A stretch of DNA of 64,000 nt from Ignavibacteriota bacterium (lineage in GTDB: Bacteria; Bacteroidota; Ignavibacteria; UBA10030; CAVZMI01): positions 1 to 64,000 of the forward strand of contig CAVZMI010000012.1 in the NCBI GenBank assembly GCA_963776275.1, in the 5' to 3' direction. The translations under genes were made by a program, and so were the position numbers. Positions within the stretch are counted from its first letter, which is position 1; every line of letters begins with the position of its first letter. The notes under the pieces were generated by a model. That model saw only the letters and a list, made by a program, of their open reading frames with translations, was not told where the DNA came from and ran no database searches. This document shows positions 20,760 to 33,195 of this stretch, in pieces.

Positions 20760-22286
20760 TTAGAATGCAGATTGTGCATACTTGCTCAATTCTATTGCAG
20801 AAGCCTGTTCCACGTCCGCATGAAGACTGTTTCCATGGGCGTCCATTGTGACAATGGCGGCAAAATCCTTCACCGTCATATGCCACATGGCCTCGGGGAT
20901 TCCGAATTCAAGGAAATCAACCCCTTCGACACTGGGAATGCACTCGGCATAATACTGTGCTGCACCTCCAATCGCATTCAGATAGACAGCTCCGTACTCT
21001 TTCATAGCCGCCAGGGTTTTCGCTCCCATTCCGCCTTTCCCGATCACTGCCCGAATGCCGAACTTACGAATCACATCAGCCTGATATGGTTCTTCACGGC
21101 TGCTGGTCGTCGGTCCCGCCGCCTTTATCGTCCATTTTCCCGCTGCATCTTTGAGTGCGACCGGTCCGCAATGGTACAATGCAGCTCCGTGCAAATCAAC
21201 CGGAGAATCGTGCTCTACGAGATACGAATGAAGTGCATCACGGCCAGTGTGGACAGCGCCGTTCAGAAGAATGATGTCGCCGACTTTGAGTGAGCGTACG
21301 GTCTCTTCTGTTAACGGCGTGGTGATCACGATTTCCCGTCCTGTCAGAGGAATCCCTTTTTGTCGTGCCATTATTTTAATCGGGGCTTCCTCGCGATAGA
21401 GCCAGCGTTTAATTGCACCGGTATGAACATCGAGTACGACTCCGAGTCTCCGGAACGCCCAGCAATCATATACAATAGAGACGAAGAAACTTGCCGGAAG
21501 CCGATGAATCGACGCCACCTTACAGCCTATGATCGTCACTGAACCGCCAAATCCCATAGTCCCGATTCCGAGCTTGTTGGCCTCAGTCATCACGTAATCT
21601 TCCAGCCTGGCCAGTTCAGGATCGGGATTAATATCGTCGAGCGTACGGAAGAGCTGCTGTTTTGCTATTTCGTAACCGGTGACACGGTCGCCTCCGATAC
21701 TTGCGCCGATGACGCCGATACTGCATCCATGTCCTTGAGCCTGCCATACCGCATGCATAAGGCATTTCCGTATGCCGTCAAGATTACGGCCGGCCTTTCC
21801 AAGGTTCGGTAGTTCCGTCGGGAGTGAGTACTGGATGCTTTTATTTTCGCAGCCACCGCCTTTCAAAAGAAGTTTTACTTCAATCTCGTTTTTATTTTCC
21901 CACTGGTCGAAATGAAATGTGGGTGTTCCGGGACCAAGATTATCTCCGCTGTTTTTTCCCGTGAGCGAATCGACGGCGTTTTGACGGAGTTTTCCCTGTG
22001 TTGTAGCCTCGGCGACCGCCTCTCGTGTCAGGCTCTTCATCTGGATGAAATTGGCACCAACGGGTGCCTGTATATAAAAAGTGGGCCAGCCGGTATCCTG
22101 ACAAATAGGACTGATATTCTCACAGGCCATATCAATATTTACGGCAATGGTTCCGAGCGCCATGGAAGAACGTGTATTGGGGATTTCCGAATCAATCGCC
22201 CTGGCGATGGCACGGCGGACATCAGCTGGTAAGTTCGTCGAAGTCTCGGTTATCAACTGCAGCATGCTGTCTTTGAAATGTTCCAT
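20760..22286 (-). CDS. Class I (Fe-S) fumarate hydratase
   Basis: ICQDTG, KGGGCEN, TGRD, YHCGP, AGPTTS.R, IGKGG, MDAHGNS. Confidence 0.88.
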   Translation of the reverse strand: MEHFKDSMLQLITETSTNLPADVRRAIARAIDSEIPNTRSSMALGTIAVNIDMACENISPICQDTGWPTFYIQAPVGANFIQMKSLTREAVAEATTQGKLRQNAVDSLTGKNSGDNLGPGTPTFHFDQWENKNEIEVKLLLKGGGCENKSIQYSLPTELPNLGKAGRNLDGIRKCLMHAVWQAQGHGCSIGVIGASIGGDRVTGYEIAKQQLFRTLDDINPDPELARLEDYVMTEANKLGIGTMGFGGSVTIIGCKVASIHRLPASFFVSIVYDCWAFRRLGVVLDVHTGAIKRWLYREEAPIKIMARQKGIPLTGREIVITTPLTEETVRSLKVGDIILLNGAVHTGRDALHSYLVEHDSPVDLHGAALYHCGPVALKDAAGKWTIKAAGPTTSSREEPYQADVIRKFGIRAVIGKGGMGAKTLAAMKEYGAVYLNAIGGAAQYYAECIPSVEGVDFLEFGIPEAMWHMTVKDFAAIVTMDAHGNSLHADVEQASAIELSKYAQSAF

Positions 22287-22386
22287 TCGAACTTCCTATT
22301 TACGGAATCAATAACTAAATAATAAATATATATAAAAAATCTCTATCGAACAATAACTTTCTGCGCGACTATTCCCGGGGACGGAC

Positions 22387-23784
22387 TCAGGTCGATGTCG
22401 TAATGGATAGCGCAACACGTGCCGAAGTGCGGTCTGCATTGATGACGCAGTCGCTTACTGAAATTCCACCCCGGTAATTACTGCAAATGAATAAACCAGG
22501 AACGTTTCTTTCTAGAACATCAATCGCGTCGAGAACGTTCTGATATCCCAGATTGTACTGAGGAATTGCATGTTTCCATTGATGGACCCGTATAAATGCC
22601 GGTGCTACTTCTATGTCCATGATGGAGTGTAATTCATCCCGGACAATCCCGAGAAGTGTGGAATCGTCAACGTCGAGAATGTCGGGCTGTCGTGAACCGC
22701 CTGCAAAAGTTGTGAGAGCCTCAAACCCTTCAGGTGTACGGCCGGGAAAAATCGCCGAGGTCCAGATTGTGCCAAGGATCTTCCGCTCTTCTTTTGCCGG
22801 GACAAGAAATCCAAACCCATCAAGGATTCGCGGAATATGTTCTTTCCGATATCCCAGAAAAATCTCGGCGACCGGCGGATAGTAAATAGTATACAGGAGC
22901 TGCGCTGTTTCCGGAGAGATTTCTCTCAGCAATTCTGCAGCGGCGCTAGATGGTACTGCAAGAATAACTGCGAGGCATTGAATATTCCCGACTCCTCCAT
23001 CATAGGTTTGATACTCGACATGGAAGCGGGGCACGGCATCAACTGATGCAGCCGAGACTTTCTGCACATGACTCTGAAACATGAAGCGGCTCCCAAGTCT
23101 TTGTGCGATTGTGCTCGGCAGAGTTTCCATGCCTCTTTTGAATGAAAACATGCGTGCACGGTCTTTTGATATTTCGGCTCTCAACCTCCGTTCCTTCCGG
23201 CCCCGGATCATTCCTTTGATTAATCCCCCGTAATTTTCTTCGAGAGCATAGAGTTTCGGCAACGCGGTACGGACACTCAATTGTTCGGGATTGCCCGCAA
23301 AGACACCTGCGATAAATGGATTGATTGCATATTCTAGGAATTCCCGGCCTAAACGGCGTTCGACGAATTCCGCTATCGTTTCTTCATCCGCCGCTCTGCC
23401 GATGAACGGTTCTTTGAAGACTCGCAGCTTTCCTTGAAGTGAGAATAAATCTGTTTTTATGAACGCCATCGGTGACATCGGAAGAGAGTGAAGTTTGCCG
23501 TCGCGAAGGATGTAACGATTGTCCGCTTCAGGATTTGCATACAAAATTTCGGACTCGATGCCGAGTTCGCTAAAAAGCTTTGCAAAAAGCGGAGTTGTCT
23601 CTAGCGCACTGTTCGGTCCTGTTTCCACCATCCATCCGTTTTCAGCGACCGTTTGCATGGTGCCGCCCGGTGTAGAATTCTTTTCAAGCACAACCACATC
23701 GATTCCCTGCTTATGAAGCCACCAGGCTGTCGCAAGCCCTGAAATTCCTCCGCCGATAACCACAACATCATGAAAAGTACTCAT
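22387..23784 (-). CDS. hemY: Protoporphyrinogen oxidase (HemY type)
   Basis: GGGISGL FAD motif, ETGPNS, GFGFLVP, AIPQY. Confidence 0.9.
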   Translation of the reverse strand: MSTFHDVVVIGGGISGLATAWWLHKQGIDVVVLEKNSTPGGTMQTVAENGWMVETGPNSALETTPLFAKLFSELGIESEILYANPEADNRYILRDGKLHSLPMSPMAFIKTDLFSLQGKLRVFKEPFIGRAADEETIAEFVERRLGREFLEYAINPFIAGVFAGNPEQLSVRTALPKLYALEENYGGLIKGMIRGRKERRLRAEISKDRARMFSFKRGMETLPSTIAQRLGSRFMFQSHVQKVSAASVDAVPRFHVEYQTYDGGVGNIQCLAVILAVPSSAAAELLREISPETAQLLYTIYYPPVAEIFLGYRKEHIPRILDGFGFLVPAKEERKILGTIWTSAIFPGRTPEGFEALTTFAGGSRQPDILDVDDSTLLGIVRDELHSIMDIEVAPAFIRVHQWKHAIPQYNLGYQNVLDAIDVLERNVPGLFICSNYRGGISVSDCVINADRTSARVALSITTST

Positions 23785-23790
23785 CGACTA

Positions 23791-24795
23791 TTATTGGAAT
23801 AGTTTTGATGGTTGTTCTATATGAGATCTGACAAGTTCCGCAAGTGCTTCGATGAAAGCTGGAGAAGTGTTGAGTCCTTCGGTGACTTCAAATTGTTCGA
23901 TCCCATTTTTCCTTCCGATCTCTCGCACTTCAATATTCAGCTCGTAGAGCGTTTCAATGTGATCCGATACGAAGGCAACGGGAATTATGAGAAGATTTTT
24001 CACACCTTCATTCCCTCGCTGCCGGACCACGTCGGCGGTAAAAGGAGAAATCCATTCCTGCGGGCCGACGCGGCTCTGAAAACTCAGGTCATATTTCAAA
24101 TCGTATTTCCCCATTGTCATTACAGCGGTAACTGTCTTTTCTATCTGCTCTTTATATGGATCGCCCTGTTTCACAAGTTTGAGTGGCGTTCCATGTGCAC
24201 TAAATATCAGGTGGACCCTCGATCGTGATTTCTCTGGAAACCGGAGGAGTGCCTCGTTGATTCTTTCGACCATACTCCGGATATATATCGGGTGTTGAAA
24301 ATAATCTTGAATTATTTCCGTTTCGAAAAAAGTTCCTGATGCATGGACGATTCTATTCCATTCATTGACGCTTGATCCCGTTGTCGATGCAGAATATTGA
24401 GGATAGAGAGGAAGAAGCAATACTCGCCGGATATTCTCACGGTTGAGGGCGTCGACGGCTTCACTTGTTGACGGTTTCCAGTAACGCATTGCGATGTACA
24501 CTCGTGCAGGAAAAGTCTTATTGAGAATATTCTCGAGAGCTGCGGCCTGCCGTATCGTTATTTCATTGATCGGCGACCGGCCGCCGATTTTCTGATAATG
24601 TCCGGCAATGAGAGGAGCACGTTTTTTTGAAATTAAACGTGCAAGCGGTTTTCGGAGAAGGGAACCGAGGGGAAAATTGATGATATCCGGATCGCTGAAG
24701 AGATTGAACAGGAAAGGTTCAACTGCCTGGAGTGAATCCGGCCCGCCAAGTTGAAGCAAGACGACTCCGATTCGCGTTGTGGGTTCTATTTTCAC
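23791..24795 (-). CDS. hemH: Ferrochelatase
   Basis: LGGP, MRYWKP, LYPQYS..T.GS, FSAHG, FQSRVGP..W, FVSDHIETL.E. Confidence 0.95.
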   Translation of the reverse strand: MKIEPTTRIGVVLLQLGGPDSLQAVEPFLFNLFSDPDIINFPLGSLLRKPLARLISKKRAPLIAGHYQKIGGRSPINEITIRQAAALENILNKTFPARVYIAMRYWKPSTSEAVDALNRENIRRVLLLPLYPQYSASTTGSSVNEWNRIVHASGTFFETEIIQDYFQHPIYIRSMVERINEALLRFPEKSRSRVHLIFSAHGTPLKLVKQGDPYKEQIEKTVTAVMTMGKYDLKYDLSFQSRVGPQEWISPFTADVVRQRGNEGVKNLLIIPVAFVSDHIETLYELNIEVREIGRKNGIEQFEVTEGLNTSPAFIEALAELVRSHIEQPSKLFQ

Positions 24796-24797
24796 AA

Positions 24798-26189
24798 TTA
24801 CACTGTTCGTGAAAAGAGTGGATGTTCTTTCGTTATTTTTTCAAGGTATGCATCAAAACACATTGCGATGTTTCGAATAATAAACCGGCCCATATCATGG
24901 ACAGTAATGGTATCGGGACTATTCGTGACGCATCCCTCGACGAGAAAATCGGTAAGTTGATCGATTCCGTCTGCAAAATATGAATCGAACTTGATGTCGA
25001 ACCGGCGCTCGACATCCCCTTTATCGATTTCAAAGTCGCACATCAATCGGTTGATAACATATTTCCGAATATGATCGTCCGAAGACATGCGGTAACCGAC
25101 ATGTGTTGCAAGCATTCCACTGGAGATCCTGCGATAATATTCAGGGAGCGTCTTGGCATTCTGTGCATAGATATCGGTAAATTGGGAAATCGACGACATG
25201 CCGAAGGCGTACACGTCTGTCCCCGCTTTGGTCGAATATCCCTGAAAATTTCTGTAGAGAGTCTTATTCTTCTGTGCAACAGAGAGCTCATCGCTCGGTT
25301 TCGCGAAATGATCCATTCCTATATACCGGTATCCCGCATCGGTGAGTTTCTCGATGGTCATTTTTAGTATTTGTAATTTCGTCTCCGGTGCCGGGAGATC
25401 CTCCGGATGTATCAATTTCATGTGCGGCTTCAACCATGGGACATAAGCATAGTTAAACACAGCAATCCGGTCGGGTGAAATATCGATGATTTTATTGATG
25501 GTTTTCTCGAACGACCGGAGTGTCTGGAAGGGGAGTCCGTAGATCAGATCAAGATTGATACTCGAGAATCCGAGTTTCCGGCACCATTCGATTGTTGTCC
25601 GTGTCATTTTTTCGGGTTGAATTCGATTAACCGCCTGCTGGACTTTTTCATTAAAATCCTGTACGCCCATGCTTACACGGTTGAATCCGCCATCACGCAA
25701 TAACTTCATGTGCTCGAAGGTGAGTCCCCGCGGATCGATTTCAACACATGCTTCAATATCATCCGTAAAAATAAAATTTTTCCGTATAAACGAGCTCATA
25801 TCGATGATGTCATCGGGATCGAGGTAGGACGGGGTTCCGCCTCCCCAGTGAAGTTGAGTAACACGGCGTTTGGACGATATCAGAGGCCGAACCAGCGATA
25901 TTTCTTTTTTCACCTGCTCGTTGTATTCTTTAATACGCTCACGGCTGTGTGTCACCAGCATTGTGCAGCCGCAAAAATAACAGAGTGTATCACAGAAGGG
26001 AAAGTGTATATAGAGCGATATATCGGAATGTATTCCATCGGCGTTTGTCCGAACAATTTCCTTTTGAAATTTGTCGGGACCAAAATCGTTGCTGAAAACC
26101 GGTGCCGTAGGATAACTTGTATAGCGCGGACCCGGTCGATCGTACTTCCGGAGTACTCCGATATCAATTGATTGAAATTGCCGCCCCAT
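24798..26189 (-). CDS. hemN: Oxygen-independent coproporphyrinogen III oxidase
   Basis: GPRYTSYPTA, HFPFCDTLCYFCGC, GGGTP, IGMDHF, RNFQGY. Confidence 0.95.
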   Translation of the reverse strand: MGRQFQSIDIGVLRKYDRPGPRYTSYPTAPVFSNDFGPDKFQKEIVRTNADGIHSDISLYIHFPFCDTLCYFCGCTMLVTHSRERIKEYNEQVKKEISLVRPLISSKRRVTQLHWGGGTPSYLDPDDIIDMSSFIRKNFIFTDDIEACVEIDPRGLTFEHMKLLRDGGFNRVSMGVQDFNEKVQQAVNRIQPEKMTRTTIEWCRKLGFSSINLDLIYGLPFQTLRSFEKTINKIIDISPDRIAVFNYAYVPWLKPHMKLIHPEDLPAPETKLQILKMTIEKLTDAGYRYIGMDHFAKPSDELSVAQKNKTLYRNFQGYSTKAGTDVYAFGMSSISQFTDIYAQNAKTLPEYYRRISSGMLATHVGYRMSSDDHIRKYVINRLMCDFEIDKGDVERRFDIKFDSYFADGIDQLTDFLVEGCVTNSPDTITVHDMGRFIIRNIAMCFDAYLEKITKEHPLFSRTV

Positions 26190-26206
26190 TGGTTTTTGTC
26201 TTCCCC

Positions 26207-26619
26207 TTATTCGTTCAGTATTTTTTGAACGGCGCGTAGTAATTCTTCGATTCTATACGGTTTCTGAACGACACCCTGAACTCCCAGTGCAATGATTTCC
26301 TGGGCAGTCTCATCCTTGCTGTGTCCTGTCGAAAGTATAATGTTCACATCTCTATTGATTTTTCTGAGCTTAAGAAATGTCTCTCGTCCGCTCATACGGG
26401 GCATCGTCAAATCGAGAATAATGCAATCTATTTTTTCCTTGCTATCCTTGAAAATAGAAATTCCTTCAATTCCATCCTGTGCGCACACGATTTTATATCC
26501 CTCCATCTCAAGTATTTCGCGTGCGAGTTCTCGGATCAATCTCTTCATCATCAATAATCAGGATCGTATGCGATGACAACGGTGCACTGGTATTTGATCC
26601 TTGCATTTAAATACCCCAT
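26207..26619 (-). CDS. Single-domain response regulator (frameshift near the 5' end)
   Basis: ILIIDDE in one frame joins ORF 26207-26554 (IILDLTMP.MSG, STG, QKPY). Confidence 0.75.
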
Positions 26620-26623
26620 GGAT

Positions 26624-27673
26624 TTAGTATGAATGATATGGAACGCTTTCTTCTTTCACGGCCAGAACAAATGCTTTTACGTGTTCGACTGGCGTGTCAG
26701 GATAAATACCATGCCCCAGGTTACAAATGTGTCCTTCACCTTTCCCGTATTTTGCCAGGATATTTTTTACTCCTTCCCGGATCTTTTCGGGTGGCGCGTA
26801 GAGCAATGCCGGATCCAGATTTCCCTGAAGAGCGACTTTCCCCTCCACTATCGTCCGTGCATCCCCGATATCGATATCCAATCGAGTCCGACAACATCGG
26901 TACCAATTTCCGCAATGTCTCTTAAGTGAATAATCCCGCCCCTTTGCAGAACACGATGACCGGCACGTCCGGCTGTTTTAATGGATCTGACGATATGTTC
27001 AATATATCGCAATGAAAATTCCTTGAAATCATCCGGGGTGAGAATTCCACCCCACGTATCGAAAATCTGAATTGCCTGTGCGCCGGCTTGAATTTGCGCT
27101 TCACAAAATTGAATCACCGAATGCGCGATTTTGTCGAGGAGTGCATGAAGTATCGATGGCTGAGAATACATCATCATTTTGATCGATAGGAAATCCTTCG
27201 TACCTCTTCCTTCGATCATATAGTTAGCCAGTGTCCATGGTGATCCGACAAAACCGATCAGGGGTACCCGGCCGTTAAGCTCTTTCCGTGCAAGGCGAAT
27301 GGTGTCCATGACATATCCGAGTTTTTGGCAAGGATCAGGAATGATTAATTTTTGGATATCCGCTGCAGTACTTGATAGGTTCCGGAAATCGAGGTCCACC
27401 TTTCCCTTCTTCGACGATAAGTTCCATTCCCATTGCCTGCGGGAGAACGAGAATATCGGAAAATATTATTGCTGCATCGACCCCAAGGATATCGACAGGC
27501 TGGAGAGTGACTTCCGCTGCAAGCTCAGGTGTCGTGCACATCGTCAGGAAATTCACTTTCGAGCGAATCGCACGGTATTCCGGAAGATATCGGCCGGCCT
27601 GGCGCATGATCCAGACCGGTGTACGGTGGACATGAAGTCGACAACATGCCTGAAGAAAAATATCGTTTTGCAT
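26624..27673 (-). CDS. hemE: Uroporphyrinogen decarboxylase (frameshifted)
   Basis: [38 protein letters not shown]. Confidence 0.93.
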
Positions 27674-27674
27674 T

Positions 27675-28510
27675 TTATTTTCTGATATTATGATGGTATA
27701 AGCGTACGATCGAATCTATAAGAGCCTCACTGGTCGAGCGTGCCGGAATAATTGTCGGTCGATATTCCCTCCATCTGAAGGGCTTCAGCCGTTACTGTTC
27801 CAATGACGGCTGTCTGGATTCCCCGAAAAACCGCGGATAGAGATTCATTCTCCGGAAATGCCTCCGCATCGAATGAAAAAAGCCCTCGACACTCGACGGA
27901 CTAAAAAATGTAATCAGATGAATATGCCGGTTCTCCAGCATATCAAATAGAACCAGGGCTGCTGATGGATCGGCGTATTCAGTTTTATAACAATACATTC
28001 TTCAACAAGTGCACCGAATTTGTCAGACCATCGTGAACATATCTCGACCCCTGTTGCCTCTGGGTGAAAGATATCGTTTTCCCTCGATGTTAATCGGTTT
28101 CAGCGCAGCGACAAGTTCTTCTGCTGTGAAATGTTCCGGGATTATCGTCACGGTGCAATGCCGGAAGTCCGCAAAGCTTCCTGTGTCTTTATCCCGATAG
28201 CACAAAGTATTTTTTCCTTAAGATCGAACAGCGTATTGGCATCAACACGCTGGAAGAATTTCTCGACTGCATTTACACTCGTGAAAATAATTCCATGATA
28301 TCCGGCGATCTTTTTGATGCATCGATCCAGATCATCCCACGAGTCGGGATCGCATATCCGGATTGTAGGAAATTCCAAAACATCTGCCCCCAGTGAACGG
28401 AGTGCGGTGCTGAATTCCTCTGCCTGATGAACAGCACGTGTGACCAGAATTGTTTTTCCCCGCAAAGGGGATGTTTGTGTGATATCCGATATTTCGTGCG
28501 CGATTCCCAT
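27675..28510 (-). CDS. hemD: Uroporphyrinogen-III synthase (frameshifted)
   Basis: [27 protein letters not shown] fragments between hemC and hemE. Confidence 0.85.
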
Positions 28511-28516
28511 AAATGA

Positions 28517-29469
28517 TCACAATGTCGCACCACCGGTACGAATATCCCGTAGAATTACGTCAGCTCCCTCGCGAAGAAGTCTCTCTGCAAGCTGGCGGCC
28601 GAGAGTTTCAGGATCATCAGCGGTTCCCGATACAGAATCACGAATGAGCTTTGTGCCATCCAGTGAACCGACCATTGCATTAAGGGTAAGAATATCGTCT
28701 CGAACCAGACCGAAGGCACCGATAGGAATCTGACAACCTCCTTCCAGATGCCGCAGAAGGGCTCGCTCACTCAAAGCGGCCTGAGCCGTGGGAATATGAT
28801 TTAACGTTTCGACATACCGCTGTGTTTGTTCATCTCCCGTCCGTATCTCGATACCCAGCGTTCCCTGTCCGGGGGCGGGAAGGATTTCATCCGACTCAAG
28901 GAGAAAGCCGATAGCAGCATCCATCCCAAGGCGGTGGATGCCCGCATAGGCGAGCAGCATGCCATCCCAGGTGGTGATTGTGCAAGTTTATTGAAACGAG
29001 TCTGAATATTTCCCCGGATGTCGATTATCTGAAGATCTGCGCGACGATGGAGAAGCTGGCACTTTCGTCGAAGGCTACCTGTGGCAATCGTTGCACCGTG
29101 CGGCAGATCATTGAACGATCGATAGTGTTTTGCAGGATGTGGAATGAACGAATCCCTTACGTCTTCCCGTTCCGTTATGGCGCCGATTGATAATCCATCC
29201 GGTGTTTGTGTCGGCATATCTTTGAGACTATGTACGGCAATATCAATTCGTTTTTCAAGTAATGCCTGTTCTATTTCCCGGGTGAAGAGTCCTTTGTCTC
29301 CGATTTTCGATAGAGGTGAATCGAGAATTTTATCGCCGGTTGTCTTGATGATGCTAAGTTCGACCGCCAATGAAGTAAAATGCCTGCGGAGTTCGCCCTG
29401 GACCCATTGTGCCTGCCAGAGGGCCAGATCGCTTCCACGGGTTCCGATGACAAGTCGATCAGGTATCAT
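28517..29469 (-). CDS. hemC: Hydroxymethylbilane synthase (frameshifted)
   Basis: IGTRGS.LALWQ, GDKGLFT, AVHSLKD, PAPGQG, ERA.L..LEGGCQ.PIG. Confidence 0.93.
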
Positions 29470-30733
29470 GCGATTTATGTTCCAATCCGAAAAGATGCCT
29501 TATCGTGCTGATTTTTTTCAGGATTTCCTCGTCGGAGGCACCGTTTCCGTTCTTCAAATTGATGACAGGTGTATGGAGTATTTTATTGACAATTCGCTTT
29601 GTCAGTAGTTCAACCAGTTCTCTGTCCGACTCGGCGAAGCGGTTTATATGTCTTTGCACTTCGTCGCTTCTTATCGATTCGATCACCTCGCGAAGTTGTT
29701 GAATTGTCGGACTTACTTGCAGTGAATCAAACCACTTATGAAACGACGATAACTCTTCGAGAATAATCCGGTTGACTTTTGGAATTTCTGATTTTCGTTT
29801 CTCGAGATTTTGATCTATCATTCGATTCAACGTGTCGATATCGTACAGGAATACATTCTCGATCTTTTTCGCTGCCGGATCTATATTACGGGGCATGCCG
29901 ATATCGATGATGAAAAGCGGATCATTAAAGCGTTCTCTCATTACACGGCGGAGATCTGCTTCACGCATAACGAAGCCGGGTGTCGAAATACTACTGATGA
30001 TAATATCGATGTTTGTAAGCTCGCTCGAGATCGACTCAAAATCCACAACGCTTCCACCGAGTTGCGATACAATTTCCTCGGCTTTGCTCCGGGTTCGATT
30101 CACCACGACAAGTCTGCCGATGCCTCGTCCGATGAGATGTTTAGCGGTAAGTTCTCCGGTTTCGCCGGCGCCGATTAAAAGTGCCCGTTTTTTCCCGAGA
30201 TCGTCAAAAATTTTTCCTGCAAGCTCGACTGCCGCATAGCTGATTGAAACCGCCCCTTCGCAGAGTTCTGTTTCAGTCCGTACGCGTTTTCCGACATGGA
30301 ATGCGTTTTCGAATAATTTGTGAGTAATGATACCGGTCGTTTGCGTCTTTCTGGCGAGGGCATATGCGTCTTTAACCTGGCCGAGAATCTGTATATCACC
30401 GATGACCATAGAGTCTGCTCCAGAAGTCATTTTGAATAGATGATATACTGCTCCGCAGGAAAAAAAGGTATAGAAATGTTCGGGGAATGCGGCGTCGGAT
30501 GCATTTTTGGTTCGTATGAGGTACTCTACAATTGTGTCGCCACTTAAAACATCTTCGCCGGTCAGCCCGTAAAGTTCGGTTCGATTACACGTAGAAAAGA
30601 GGACGGCTTCATTGAGCATGGATTCTGTCAACTCCGCCAACGATTTTTGTATTTCATCGTCCGTGAAAAACAGCCGTTCCCGAATCTCAATCGGTGCTGT
30701 TCGGTGATTGAGGCCGACTGCTATGAGGTTCAT
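29459..30733 (-). CDS. hemA: Glutamyl-tRNA reductase
   Basis: [38 protein letters not shown]. Confidence 0.95.
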   Translation of the reverse strand: MNLIAVGLNHRTAPIEIRERLFFTDDEIQKSLAELTESMLNEAVLFSTCNRTELYGLTGEDVLSGDTIVEYLIRTKNASDAAFPEHFYTFFSCGAVYHLFKMTSGADSMVIGDIQILGQVKDAYALARKTQTTGIITHKLFENAFHVGKRVRTETELCEGAVSISYAAVELAGKIFDDLGKKRALLIGAGETGELTAKHLIGRGIGRLVVVNRTRSKAEEIVSQLGGSVVDFESISSELTNIDIIISSISTPGFVMREADLRRVMRERFNDPLFIIDIGMPRNIDPAAKKIENVFLYDIDTLNRMIDQNLEKRKSEIPKVNRIILEELSSFHKWFDSLQVSPTIQQLREVIESIRSDEVQRHINRFAESDRELVELLTKRIVNKILHTPVINLKNGNGASDEEILKKISTIRHLFGLEHKSHDT

Positions 30734-30755
30734 TGAGAGTATTTAAGCCCTTATT

Positions 30756-31580
30756 TCAATAGAAATTATGAAAGCTGCTAAAGAACATATTGATAATTGT
30801 CATTGAAAAAAAAGCAATCACAAACCCTGTAATTGCCAGGATCACCAACCGCCTTCCATGCAACCCGCCGATTTTTTTTGCGAGCAGACCGATTCCATAA
30901 AGTGCCCATATCAGAAAAGTTCCGATTAGTTTCGGATCGGTGTATGAAAAACTCTGAAAGGCTCTTGGCAACCATACGAAACCGATGGTTATTGCAGTCG
31001 ACAGGAAAATAAAACCAAAAATTGTCGATTTAAAACTAAGTGTCGCAAGAATTTCAAGACTCGGAAGGCGTTTATAGATTACACCGAACCGGTTCGCTTT
31101 AATATCGTGATACAGCATTAAATAAAGCGATCCATATACAGCTGAAATTGCAAAAGCTGTAAGACCAAGTAACGCGGTTGACACATGAAAACCAAGTAGG
31201 GTACTGCGTAACACAGGTTTCACTTCATAAAGATCTTTGATGAAAATCGATGAGACAACTTGAAAAAACAACGCTAGAACGATGATGAAGGTTCCGGTTC
31301 CCCGTACCCGCGTCCGCATTTCAAGATACAGATATGCTGCAGAAATCGAAAACGAGATTACCGACATGATTTCGAATACAGTAGTGATCGGAGGATGCTC
31401 AAAAACAACTGTACGCAGCAGAAGGTATGCCAGATGAATACAAAGAGTGATCAGAAGAAAACCTCTTTTTGCAGGCTCGAGTGATGTGTTATTTGTGAAA
31501 AAAGCCCGTGCATATATCCAGACTGTGAACGTGTACAGGAGAGGGAGCAGGATAGTCGTGCCGTCGATAAGATTCTTCAT
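30756..31580 (-). CDS. CcsA/HemX-like membrane protein
   Basis: Multi-TM protein with conserved His, DPK motif and C-terminal FH; directly upstream of hemA. Confidence 0.75.
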   Translation of the reverse strand: MKNLIDGTTILLPLLYTFTVWIYARAFFTNNTSLEPAKRGFLLITLCIHLAYLLLRTVVFEHPPITTVFEIMSVISFSISAAYLYLEMRTRVRGTGTFIIVLALFFQVVSSIFIKDLYEVKPVLRSTLLGFHVSTALLGLTAFAISAVYGSLYLMLYHDIKANRFGVIYKRLPSLEILATLSFKSTIFGFIFLSTAITIGFVWLPRAFQSFSYTDPKLIGTFLIWALYGIGLLAKKIGGLHGRRLVILAITGFVIAFFSMTIINMFFSSFHNFY

Positions 31581-31783
31581 GAATTCATTTTTCCTCTGGA
31601 TTTTGCCATAATTAGTAAAAGGTAAACAAAAAGGGTACCACAATCAAGCAATGGAAATTCACAGGGTGAAGAGCTTTTCCATTTAGAGAAATGCTCTTTC
31701 TTGCAAATAGGGGAGTGGTTTCTTATATTTTGAAATCAAATCATACTAGTATTTTATTTCGAGAGAGATGAGGAGTGTGTGGT

Positions 31784-33190
31784 ATGAATCCCTTCCTTGA
31801 GTTCATCGAAGCCAATAAGAATCGATATATGGATGAGCTGAAAGAGCTCATTGCTATTCCAAGTATCAGTACGAATCCCGAAAATACCGGTGACATCCAG
31901 CGGTGTGCGCAGTGGTTAGCCGATCATCTGCGAGGTCTGGGTATAGAACATGTCCAGGTCATCCCGACGGAAAAACATCCCATCGTGTATGGCGATTGGC
32001 TGCATGCAGATGGGAAACCGACAGTTCTGATTTACGGACATTATGACGTTCAACCGGTCGATCCGATCGAGCTGTGGACGAGTCCTCCCTTTGAAGCCAC
32101 GGTTCGGGAAGGAAATCTTTATGCACGCGGTACTGCGGATGATAAAGGCCAGATATTTATCCATCTCAAAGTCAATCGAGGCATACTTCAAAAATACAGG
32201 CAGTCTTCCGATCAATATAAAGTTTCTAATCGAAGGAGAAGAGGAAATTGGAAGTCCGAATCTTGAAATTTTTGTGAAAGGGAATAGCGATTACTTGCCG
32301 CCGATCTTGTATTGATTTCCGATTCTGCAATGTTTGCCAAAGGTGTTCCTTCGATATGCTATGGTTTACGGGGTCTGACTTATATGGAGGTTCAACTGAC
32401 CGGTCCGAATCGGGATCTTCATTCCGGGATCATTCGGCGGATCGGTTCATAATCCAATTCAAGCGTTATGCGGAGATGATTGCTTCGCTGCATAATAAGA
32501 ACGGGCGCGTCACTATTCCTGAATTTTACGATGATGTCCGTCCACTTTCGAAGAAAGAACGCGAAGCATTTAAAAAATTACCATTTAAGGAAAAAGAGTT
32601 ATGCTAAAGATCTCGGAGTGAAACAACTATACGGAGAGAAAGGGTATACAACTCTCGAACGTTTATGGGCGCGTCCTACACTCGAATGTAACGGTATTTG
32701 GGGAGGGTTCACCGGGGACGGAGCAAAGACGGTAATTCCATCAAAGGCAGCAGCAAAGATCAGCATGCGGCTGGTACCCGACCAGGATCCCGATAGAATA
32801 GCAAAGCTATTTGAGAAACATATAAAAAAGATCGCACCGAAACCCACTGCGGTTTTTATCGAATCTCTCCATGGTGGAAAACCTGCGATCACGCCGATTG
32901 AAAGTCCCGGAGTCCGGGCTGCAATAATAGCTCTCAAGAAGGCATTTGGAAAGACCCCGTTATATCAGCGTGAAGGCGGGTCGATTCCGATTGTCGTACA
33001 ATTTGAAGAAATTCTAGGGATCTCGACGGTTTTACTTGGTTTTGGGTTACCGGATGAAAATTCACACTCTCCGAATGAATTCCTTAATCTTGAGAATTTT
33101 TACGGTGGTATTAAAACCTCCCTGTTTTTCATGGAAGAGCTCTCTCACTTGCAGGCGGGATTCGGAAAAAAGAAGAGGAAGGGAAAATAG
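31784..33190 (+). CDS. M20 family dipeptidase (frameshifted)
   Basis: [34 protein letters not shown]. Confidence 0.88.
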
Positions 33191-33195
33191 CCCTT

